Source: a virus
Direction: 5' to 3' (one strand)
Virus record (IMG/VR): IMGVR_UViG_3300045988_062587
Length of the DNA: 55,142 nt
Below, one piece after another: positions 8,780-15,211 of this stretch. The notes under the pieces were generated by a model, which ran no database searches, was not told the origin of the DNA, and was given only the letters and a program-made list of their open reading frames with translations. The position numbers and the translations under genes are program-made. Within the stretch, counting starts at the first letter, position 1. Every line of letters begins with the position of its first letter.

Positions 8780-9777
8780 CGTGCGGCCTCCTTCCTGTCA
8801 GAAACGAGGTCCAGAACGATGGAGAACAGGACGGCGGCTACGACAATGTAGATGCGGATCGTGCTCATCAGCTGCCAGATGCCCATAACGCCAAGCGGAA
8901 TCAGGATCTGCCACGAGGCCACGGTGAGAACATCCAGCGCAAAGCCAAACTTCTTGCCGAAAACCAGATATTCGCAGTAGAGGTAGGTGGACAGCGAGGA
9001 AATGGCAATAACCGTAATCAGGATGGCTTTCATCACATTCAGCATCGGGCTGAACCGCACCCAAGTGAGCAGCGCAGCCAGCACCATGTAGATGCCGAAC
9101 ATCACGCCAGCCAGCACAAAGGCCTTCTTCATGTCGCCGTGCCGTGTACCGTCCGTGTTTCCATCGTTGTACTCAAACAGCGAATAGTAATACGGGCAAG
9201 CGAACGGACCGGGCAGTAAAAGCAGCCCATTGTACACGCCAGCTTTGATGCCAGCAACATTCACGCCGGGATCAATGGCAGCGAACGTGCCGCCAGTGTA
9301 AACCAGAGCGGCTACAACTACTACGGCCAGCAGGCCATAAACGACCACCCATGAAAAACCATCGGACAGCACGTTGCGAATCATGCCATCTTTGAGCAGC
9401 ATAATCAGGAACGCCACGCAGGTGACGTACACGATAATCATGCCGCCCTTGGTTCCAATGGGTGTATCGCCGAAGATCTCGTAGATGCCGCTCATCTGCG
9501 TCCACGTCTGAAACAGCGTCAGCAGGCCGATGAAATAGAACATCACCTTGCTCTGCATGATGCGCCGGATGGACGGAACACGGTCAGCGAACAGGCCGAA
9601 TGTGATACACGCCAGAGAATTGAACACCGCCCAGATGATTGCCGGAACTGCGCCGTATCGCAATGCAATGGTACGGAAGTTCATCAGACTGCCCACTCCC
9701 GCCCACGATGCGACAATGGAGCAGGCGTAGAAAATAGTGGGGTTTGCCTTGAATTTTGCCTTGATTTTCTGATACAT
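8776..9777 (-). CDS. Polytopic integral membrane protein (possible transporter), family not recognised
   Basis: About nine to ten hydrophobic segments by eye. The likely start, MYQKIKAKF at 9777, has a GAAGGAGA RBS. Its stop overlaps the ParB start by 4 nt. The ORF track extends to 9921. Confidence 0.7.
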   Translation of the reverse strand: MYQKIKAKFKANPTIFYACSIVASWAGVGSLMNFRTIALRYGAVPAIIWAVFNSLACITFGLFADRVPSIRRIMQSKVMFYFIGLLTLFQTWTQMSGIYEIFGDTPIGTKGGMIIVYVTCVAFLIMLLKDGMIRNVLSDGFSWVVVYGLLAVVVVAALVYTGGTFAAIDPGVNVAGIKAGVYNGLLLLPGPFACPYYYSLFEYNDGNTDGTRHGDMKKAFVLAGVMFGIYMVLAALLTWVRFSPMLNVMKAILITVIAISSLSTYLYCEYLVFGKKFGFALDVLTVASWQILIPLGVMGIWQLMSTIRIYIVVAAVLFSIVLDLVSDRKEAAR

Positions 9778-9905
9778 AGAAAAATCTCCTTCTTTGCGGC
9801 TGGACACGGCGAAATGTCCAGCTTGCAGCACCTCGGCTTTTCGGGGTGCTGCGGTGATGCCACACGCAAAGGAGCAACGTGCGGCCCGGAATCCTCCTTT
9901 CAGGC
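9778..9905 (-). promoter_or_regulatory. Structured 5' leader of the membrane-protein operon (three stem-loops)
   Basis: Inverted repeats at 9800-9821 (7 bp), 9825-9852 (8 bp) and 9868-9900 (7 bp; AAAGGAG/CTCCTTT). Confidence 0.3.
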
Positions 9906-9944
9906 AATAAAATAGCGGCACCCACCGGGAATGGTGAGCACCGC
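9906..9944 (-). terminator. Intrinsic-terminator-like hairpin plus U-tract upstream of the late operon
   Basis: Minus strand: GCGGUGCUCACC-auuccc-GGUGGGUGCCGC (12 pairs including G-U) followed by UAUUUUAUU. Confidence 0.5.
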
Positions 9945-9971
9945 TTGGCTTGATTTGAATTTTGCATCCTA

Positions 9972-10000
9972 ATCATATCACCGGGAGCATCCGTTGTCAT
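9972..10000 (-). promoter_or_regulatory. Candidate late promoter (ATGACA-N17-TGaTATGAT)
   Basis: On the minus strand, the -35 is ATGACA (10000-9995), the spacer is 17 nt, and there is an extended -10 TGaTATGAT (9980-9972). The predicted start is about 20 nt before the terminator hairpin. Confidence 0.4.
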
Positions 10001-10017
10001 CTGAATCCATATCAAAG

Positions 10018-10061
10018 CGTTGCTGGTCGTTGACTTTCGTTCTTCTTCGTTGCTGGTCGTT
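10018..10061. repeat. Direct repeat CGTTGCTGGTCGTT x2 (10018-10031, 10048-10061), 30-nt period
   Basis: Exact 14-mers read directly from the sequence, lying just upstream of the candidate -35. Confidence 0.8.
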
Positions 10062-10086
10062 CTTGTTTATTGCACTGCATTACACG

Positions 10087-10127
10087 CCGTGTGAAACCGT
10101 CCTACACCGTCCACCACCGTGTGAAAC
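10087..10127. repeat. Direct repeat CCGTGTGAAAC x2 (10087, 10117) with CCGT phased every 10 nt (10087, 10097, 10107, 10117)
   Basis: Read directly: gCCGTgtgaaaCCGTcctacaCCGTccaccaCCGTgtgaaac. Confidence 0.8.
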
Positions 10128-10147
10128 AATCTGCATTGATTTTTGAT

Positions 10148-10248
10148 ATTTTCAGTTTGAATTTAACTTTTGGCTGCCAAAATGTAAAACTTATTTCTAT
10201 ATTTGGCCGTATTTTATGAAAATTTTAGGTTGAATTTGAGTTTTCGGG
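10148..10248. repeat. Pair of imperfect ~27-nt AT-rich direct repeats (about 10148-10174 and 10222-10248), core TTGAATTT
   Basis: attttcagtttgaatttaacttttgg compared with attttaggttgaatttgagttttcgg. Confidence 0.55.
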
Positions 10249-10249
10249 C

Positions 10250-10278
10250 AAAAATAAAAAGCCCTGCAAATGCAGGGC
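10250..10278 (-). terminator. Rho-independent terminator after the ArpU-like gene
   Basis: GCCCTGC-aaat-GCAGGGC hairpin followed on the minus strand by TTTTTATTTTT. Confidence 0.7.
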
Positions 10279-10285
10279 TTATCGG

Positions 10286-10681
10286 TCAATGTGATTCGAG
10301 GTAGTTGTAGGCCATCCGGCTGACCCCGGCTTCCGTGTAGCACTTTCCGAGTGCTCCGGCAACTTCTGCCCACGAGTAGCAGCGGACAAACCGCAGCCGG
10401 AAGATCAGATAAAGCCGGGCATCCATGATGCTCTTGCAGTACGCCTCGACCTTGGGCTTTTCTTCCGCTGCCTGTTCCTCCAACCAGCGGACACGTTCAT
10501 CCATGTCAGCCAGTTCCACAGCCAGATCCGCCACCTTGTCCCGAACACCGGGCGTATGTGGCATACCCGTCAGCTGTGGGGAGGCAGGATTGATTTTCTG
10601 CCGAAGATTCTCCAAGGCCTCACGGTCTTTTTCGAGGGTCATCTGAATGTCATAATACTTTGACAATTCCTGTAATGTCAC
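10286..10681 (-). CDS. Putative late-gene transcriptional regulator (ArpU/RinA/DUF1492-like, sigma-70 region-4-like HTH)
   Basis: LTGMPHTPGVRDKV motif and a C-terminal LIFRLRFVRCYSWAEVAGALG...SRMAYNYL HTH. It is the last early gene before the late region. Confidence 0.5.
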   Translation of the reverse strand: MTLQELSKYYDIQMTLEKDREALENLRQKINPASPQLTGMPHTPGVRDKVADLAVELADMDERVRWLEEQAAEEKPKVEAYCKSIMDARLYLIFRLRFVRCYSWAEVAGALGKCYTEAGVSRMAYNYLESH

Positions 10682-10700
10682 AGCCTACCTCCGTCATAAT

Positions 10701-10895
10701 TCAGCTGCCGTTTTGCAACGGTGCTTCTGTTATTTTATCACATTTTGCCGCCGGAAGATAGACAGGAAGTCCAGAAATTATGTGGTCTGCTCCAATTTTG
10801 CACAATCCCGGCACCTCATAGGTCTGACCGTTGGAATCGGTGCGTTGGATAGGTGGGTCGAGGGGTATGTAGTTCTCACAAGACAGGCAGCTCAT
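10701..10895 (-). CDS. Hypothetical small protein (64 aa)
   Basis: ORF in the early operon; its start overlaps the upstream stop. Confidence 0.45.
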   Translation of the reverse strand: MSCLSCENYIPLDPPIQRTDSNGQTYEVPGLCKIGADHIISGLPVYLPAAKCDKITEAPLQNGS

Positions 10896-11314
10896 TCTTC
10901 CACCCTCTCGATTTTCGGGAACGGCTCATGCCCCAGCGGGATAGGCTTGCAGGAGCGATTTGTCGTCCCGGGGGATTCTCGCTTTTCCCCCGGGGAATCC
11001 AACCACTGCTGGTGCTCGATGGCGTGTACAAGGTCGATACACGTTCCCCATGAATCGTGTTGCCGCTCCCGGTGTCCAAACGGTGGGTAGGCCAGTTTAT
11101 AGGCAGCCTCAAACATCGTTTCGATGCAATGCTTTCGTTCGTTATAGACGCGGATGTCGTATGGTTTCTCATAGAGTTGCTTTTTGTCCTCTCCATCAAA
11201 GACCAAATCCTCTGTCAAGGGTTCAAACTGCCCCATGCGCAGCCTCATATACTCGTCCACAGCCACGCTGATGATACGCAACTGTTCTTCCGAGATTTCA
11301 ACGCAGTACTTCAT
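10892..11314 (-). CDS. Hypothetical protein (140 aa)
   Basis: ORF with natural composition. Its ATG overlaps the upstream stop (ATGA). Confidence 0.6.
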   Translation of the reverse strand: MKYCVEISEEQLRIISVAVDEYMRLRMGQFEPLTEDLVFDGEDKKQLYEKPYDIRVYNERKHCIETMFEAAYKLAYPPFGHRERQHDSWGTCIDLVHAIEHQQWLDSPGEKRESPGTTNRSCKPIPLGHEPFPKIERVEE

Positions 11315-11475
11315 TTTTTCTCTCCCTCATCGCCATCATGATAGCTAACGCCGAATAATGCCGGAATCAAAAAGAACCAAAGCGCCCTCAGATTTCCGGT
11401 GACGTGGATTGCGGTTGACACCGCCAACCCCACTGAAATCCACTCCGCTGCATAGATAAGCGCAACCCATTTCAT
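11311..11475 (-). CDS. Small two-TM membrane protein (54 aa), missed by the ORF track
   Basis: MKWVALIYAAEWISVGLAVSTAIHVTGNLRALWFFLIPALFGVSYHDGDEGEKK. There are ATGA overlaps at both ends and an AGGAGG RBS. It replaces the Arg-rich 80-aa ORF at 11345..11587, which is in another frame. Confidence 0.5.
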   Translation of the reverse strand: MKWVALIYAAEWISVGLAVSTAIHVTGNLRALWFFLIPALFGVSYHDGDEGEKK

Positions 11476-12038
11476 TCCGGCACCTCCTGTTTGCCGTTGC
11501 CAAAACTCCGGGCAAATACCGCCCGTTGGATAAAGTCCACATCCTCTGCAATAGACCGTACCGATGAATTATCAGAGCGGATTTCAAAGGAACGGAGAAT
11601 GAAGTTCTTCAAAGTGTCCAGACTGTAACCTGCGATTGACTTCCCGAAGAATGCGGTAAGGATTTCAATAATGGTTTCCTCATGCCGAGCGAACTCGCAT
11701 CCATAGACTTTGTGTTCAGGAATAAAGGACACCCAGTAGGTAAACCGAGACTTATCGTGACCGGCTTTCAGGTCAAGGCAGCGGGTTTCGGTTTGCAAGT
11801 AGCGGACTGCCCGGTCGGTTATCCGATTCAGCTCCTTTTCCCCAATGGTGCAGCCATCCGGGAAAAGTTCTTCCATGAACTGAAGAAAAAGCTGTTCGCC
11901 ATTGGCACAATCGAACACGTCATGCCATGTGGCAGCCCATTCGGCCATTGCTTCTCTTTTTTCAAAGAGAATTGTGCAGGCCAGTCTGACAAAGTTGGCC
12001 GGAGATTCAACCATGAAATGCAGTTGTTCCATTGTCAT
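11472..12038 (-). CDS. Hypothetical protein (188 aa from MTMEQLHF)
   Basis: A GGAGG RBS lies 6 nt before the ATG at 12038. The longer track ORF (to 12248) overlaps the upstream gene in another frame. Confidence 0.55.
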   Translation of the reverse strand: MTMEQLHFMVESPANFVRLACTILFEKREAMAEWAATWHDVFDCANGEQLFLQFMEELFPDGCTIGEKELNRITDRAVRYLQTETRCLDLKAGHDKSRFTYWVSFIPEHKVYGCEFARHEETIIEILTAFFGKSIAGYSLDTLKNFILRSFEIRSDNSSVRSIAEDVDFIQRAVFARSFGNGKQEVPE

Positions 12039-12270
12039 ATTCAGCCTCCATACACGCTTTCTTGCAAGCCTCACACTTTTTGTACGGCTGTTCAAGCCAG
12101 CAGTCGAACAGTAAACACTTCGGTTTTCTGTACTCCGGTGGAGCCTTGCGTCCGTGGGTTTGAGTACGAAACGTATGGTACTTGCACACCTCTTTGCCCC
12201 AAAAATCTCCGCCGAATTCGCAACTTTCACGACCCGGCGAAACCTCATGCTTAACTGTGATGGTTTTCAT
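12007..12270 (-). CDS. Hypothetical Cys-rich protein (87 aa from MKTITVKH)
   Basis: ATGA overlap with the upstream stop at 12267. Several Cys residues (CEF..C..C..CEACKKAC). Confidence 0.5.
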   Translation of the reverse strand: MKTITVKHEVSPGRESCEFGGDFWGKEVCKYHTFRTQTHGRKAPPEYRKPKCLLFDCWLEQPYKKCEACKKACMEAEYDNGTTAFHG

Positions 12271-12665
12271 TTTTTTACCTCCGGCGGCTCCAGCAGCGGT
12301 GCCCACAGCTTCACATGCCCGTAGTGGCCATCCTCTGCACGGTGGCCATCCTCAATGTGCCACGTCCCGTTTTCGACCCAGCCTTTCATGGTGTGGCCGC
12401 TCTCGCAGCACACCCATACGATGTCGCTTATCACGGCGCAGTGCTTTTCGCCGGCGCATTCCCAGCTTTCTTCATGGGCGATTGGCGGGTTCTTGGCATC
12501 ATGCCATGACATCTGGCGCACAAAGTCAACGACCATCTGGCTGGCCTCGTGCAGGGCTTTGGCAGCAGCGTCTTTGCCTTTGAAGCCGTTGTAATATTCA
12601 ATCTCGGCCAGAGCGTCCAAATCCGTTGCCGGGTCGATGAGGCGGCAGGCTTCCTCAAGGGTCAT
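12267..12665 (-). CDS. Hypothetical protein (132 aa from MTLEEACR), possibly DUF551-like
   Basis: ATGA overlap with the upstream stop. The W/H-rich C-terminal half resembles DUF551-type phage proteins (weak). Confidence 0.5.
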   Translation of the reverse strand: MTLEEACRLIDPATDLDALAEIEYYNGFKGKDAAAKALHEASQMVVDFVRQMSWHDAKNPPIAHEESWECAGEKHCAVISDIVWVCCESGHTMKGWVENGTWHIEDGHRAEDGHYGHVKLWAPLLEPPEVKK

Positions 12666-12964
12666 TCGATGTACCTCCGTGTGTCCTTGTTCCAGTGCAG
12701 CGTGATGGGGTTGCCGCACTTGCAGGGAATGGTGATCTCCGGCTCCATGATGTTGGTCTTGCCTTTGGCCACCAGCCCGCAGCAGCCGCAGGCGAACTCA
12801 TAGGGGGCAAGCCCCCTCTCAAGCGAGATCGTGGCCCCGCAGCGGCAGCCGATGGACATCTGCGAAACGTGGAGGTATGTACCAAACTCCTTACCGCAGC
12901 AGGGGCAGCGCAGCCGCAGCAGCCCCCGTGCGCCGGGCTCCGGCGGGCGATTACTCTTTCTCAT
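12662..12964 (-). CDS. Cys-rich zinc-binding protein with four C-x-C-G units
   Basis: RCPCCGKEF, IGCRCGATISL, FACGCCGLV, IPCKCGNPITL. Confidence 0.6.
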   Translation of the reverse strand: MRKSNRPPEPGARGLLRLRCPCCGKEFGTYLHVSQMSIGCRCGATISLERGLAPYEFACGCCGLVAKGKTNIMEPEITIPCKCGNPITLHWNKDTRRYIE

Positions 12965-13169
12965 GGTCGGCTCCTTTCTCGGTCTGAAACCGAATCACTT
13001 CCCGGAACAGCAGCTCATTGTTGTGCTCCGATTCAGTCATAAAGTTGATGTACTCCCGGAACAACTGGCGGTCATGCTGCTGCCGGCTGGTTTCGCCCAG
13101 CAGGGCACCGATAGCCACGCCCACGGCCAGTATCGCAATGTTGATGAAGATCTGATCAGGCATTGTCAT
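12951..13169 (-). CDS. Small single-TM membrane protein
   Basis: MTMPDQIFINIAILAVGVAIGALLG... The start is chosen at the internal ATG (13169) that overlaps the upstream small ORF's stop. Confidence 0.5.
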   Translation of the reverse strand: MTMPDQIFINIAILAVGVAIGALLGETSRQQHDRQLFREYINFMTESEHNNELLFREVIRFQTEKGADHEKE

Positions 13170-13284
13170 CACCCAGCACTTTCTCGATGAGGTCAAAGAC
13201 CATTTCCCGGTCTTCGGTGGTCAGGAAGTCAGCCGCCATGATTTCAAACTTGAGGCGGTCAGCGTATTCTTTCAAATCACCCAT
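13156..13284 (-). CDS. Small acidic protein (42 aa), below the ORF-track cutoff
   Basis: A GGAGAGGAG RBS precedes the ATG at 13284. Translation: MGDLKEYADRLKFEIMAADFLTTEDREMVFDLIEKVLGDDNA. Confidence 0.35.
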   Translation of the reverse strand: MGDLKEYADRLKFEIMAADFLTTEDREMVFDLIEKVLGDDNA

Positions 13285-13287
13285 GGT

Positions 13288-13632
13288 TTACTCCTCTCCC
13301 AGCTGGGCAAGGATCTCGTTGCCCTTGTCCATCAGTTCATCCCGCCGTTTTTTCTGCTCAGCCTCCAGCTTTTCCATTTCCGCCTGATACTTTTTCAGAG
13401 TTCCCGGCCGGAAATTCTTGCTCTTGCCCATGCGGATTTTTGCGGCAATTTTCTTGTGCTGCTGAACGGTCTGGCGCAGTTCGGTGTCCGTGGTCAGAAT
13501 CTGGTAGCGATGGTGGCAGCCAGGGCAGGTGAAATACTGCACCATGTAGTCGCCGCTCCATGTGGCGCGGATGCCGGCGGTCTGGATGCTGAACGGCGTA
13601 CCGCAGCGGTCACACTTTACAAGGTCGGTCAT
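13288..13632 (-). CDS. Zinc-ribbon protein with a basic coiled-coil tail
   Basis: CDRCG...CPGCH followed by a Lys/Glu-rich helix. ATGA overlap with the ParB stop. Confidence 0.6.
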   Translation of the reverse strand: MTDLVKCDRCGTPFSIQTAGIRATWSGDYMVQYFTCPGCHHRYQILTTDTELRQTVQQHKKIAAKIRMGKSKNFRPGTLKKYQAEMEKLEAEQKKRRDELMDKGNEILAQLGEE

Positions 13633-15185
13633 TCGCCATACTCCTTTCTGCACAGCTGGAACGCATTGCAGTGGTCATCGCAAGTTTTGCAGCACTTGTC
13701 GCATTCAGGGTGAGCAGCTTTGCACTTATCGCAGGGCGTGTCAGCCTGGCTGCCGGAACCATACACCGCAAAAAGCTGGTGGGTGCCGTCTTGCAAAGCC
13801 TTTTCATCATCGGCCATTTCGTAACCGAGTGCAGCGAGCAGTTCATAGGTGCTGTCAAGGTCATCATTTTTGCGGTGAACGAACTTGCTCGCGCCTGTCG
13901 GCCCGTTCCATTCCGTGCTCCAATAACCCTCACGACTGCTGTCCGTTGCATCAAAAGCAACCGCCAGTAGAATCTTCTCCGGCTCGGTATCGTAAGCATT
14001 GAACATTTTCAGGGCATCTTCCAGTTCCGTGTCTTCCCGAATCTGCTCATCCAGACCGATGCCGAGCAGCTGCAACACATTTTCGTCGTCCTCCATGTGC
14101 CGATATTCGGTCAGAACCGGGGTGGAATAAGCCAAGATTTCCGGCAGGTGCTTTCTGCACTCTGTGGGAGTCAGGTTTTTCACGAAGTCCCAGCGCAGCT
14201 CATACATGAGCTTCGTGACGGCGGCAAACTGTTCTCTCGCAAGCTTCTCGGTGGCTCTTGCGGCTTCTCTCGCTGAGTTGCTGGCATCCTCGGCATCCGT
14301 ATCGCGAGGTTTATACAGGTCAATCTGATTTTCACTGACCTTATAGACATAAGCAACCTTGTCGGCATCTTCCGGCATGATGACTTCCTTTTTTGTGCCC
14401 CATTTGCCATACGCATTTACGTGTTCGTGTGTCTGGTAGGTGGCCTGTGAATCTTCCACGGCGAATTTTTTGAGCTGCTCAATCCATTCGGCCTTTTGGT
14501 GCTGCCATTTTTGCTGTTCCAGCGCATCCTGCATAGCCCTGTTGAAGTTCTGGGTGCCGAGGGTCTCCAACACCCGGTTTCTGGCTTCCAAGTCCTCGAT
14601 TTTGTCCAGCTGGGCGAAGTCAGACAGGGTTGCACCGCGCTTTTCGGCTTTCTTGAAGCTGTCGTGGTTCAGTTCCAGCAGCTTGATACGCCGCCGAACG
14701 GTGGACTGTGAGAAGCCGGATTTGTCGGAGATCTGCTCCACGGTCTGCCCAAAGTCCATCATCATCTGGAAGCCCTGAGCCTGTTCGTAGACGGTGAGGT
14801 CTGACCGCTGCATATTCTCCACCATCATGGTCTGCATCTGCTCCCGCTCATCCATCTCAACGATGGCGCAGGGCAGCTCGTAAAGCCCGGCCTGCTGCGC
14901 TGCCGCTGCCCGGCGATGGCCGATGATGATGGTGTAGTCGTCACCCACCCACATAACCTTGGGAGCCCATGCTGCTGCGGCGGCGGCTGCATCGCCGCCC
15001 TCGTCAACGCACTTGCTGATGTACTCCCGGCTGCTGAGGTAGTGGCCGGGAATGACCGTCAGGTTCTGGTACACGCCGTTTTCCTTGATGCTGGCCGCCA
15101 ACTCGGACAGGTCGCCCAGCTCCTTGCGGGGGTTATCCGGGTGCGGGTGAAGCTGCCGGATAGGGATATAAGTAATGTCTGCCAT
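13629..15185 (-). CDS. ParB-like nuclease-domain protein (518 aa) with a Cys-rich C-terminus
   Basis: ParB N-terminal motifs (IRQLHPHPDNPRK, IIIGHRRAAAA), an HTH (QISDKSGFSQSTVRRRIKL), and a C-terminal CDKCKAAHPECDKCCKTCDDHC. Confidence 0.8.
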   Translation of the reverse strand: MADITYIPIRQLHPHPDNPRKELGDLSELAASIKENGVYQNLTVIPGHYLSSREYISKCVDEGGDAAAAAAAWAPKVMWVGDDYTIIIGHRRAAAAQQAGLYELPCAIVEMDEREQMQTMMVENMQRSDLTVYEQAQGFQMMMDFGQTVEQISDKSGFSQSTVRRRIKLLELNHDSFKKAEKRGATLSDFAQLDKIEDLEARNRVLETLGTQNFNRAMQDALEQQKWQHQKAEWIEQLKKFAVEDSQATYQTHEHVNAYGKWGTKKEVIMPEDADKVAYVYKVSENQIDLYKPRDTDAEDASNSAREAARATEKLAREQFAAVTKLMYELRWDFVKNLTPTECRKHLPEILAYSTPVLTEYRHMEDDENVLQLLGIGLDEQIREDTELEDALKMFNAYDTEPEKILLAVAFDATDSSREGYWSTEWNGPTGASKFVHRKNDDLDSTYELLAALGYEMADDEKALQDGTHQLFAVYGSGSQADTPCDKCKAAHPECDKCCKTCDDHCNAFQLCRKEYGE

Positions 15186-15211
15186 AGGGGTTACTCCTTT
15201 CTTGATTCAGG

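Noticed and set aside
9778-9944. Assignment of the structured leader to a known riboswitch class
   Set aside because: None of the conserved cores I can recall (SAM, TPP, preQ1, cobalamin, purine, ZTP, fluoride, c-di-GMP, Mn) is present. It is kept only as an unclassified structured leader.
9584-10015. 143-aa and 61-aa track ORFs across the late control region and the membrane-gene 5' extension (to 9921)
   Set aside because: They run through the terminator hairpin, the promoter and the stem-loops. They have no RBS and odd composition. The membrane protein has a good RBS at the internal ATG at 9777.
11345-11587. 80-aa track ORF (MKSALIIHRYGLLQRMW...)
   Set aside because: It is Arg-rich and implausible, and it largely overlaps the upstream gene. 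The same DNA in another frame gives a 54-aa two-TM peptide with ATGA overlaps at both ends and a proper RBS.
6443-15185. ParB homologues as a plasmid-prophage partition system
   Set aside because: No ParA/Walker ATPase partner gene is present, and a serine integrase is present. The repeats at 10017-10260 are not adjacent to a par operon.
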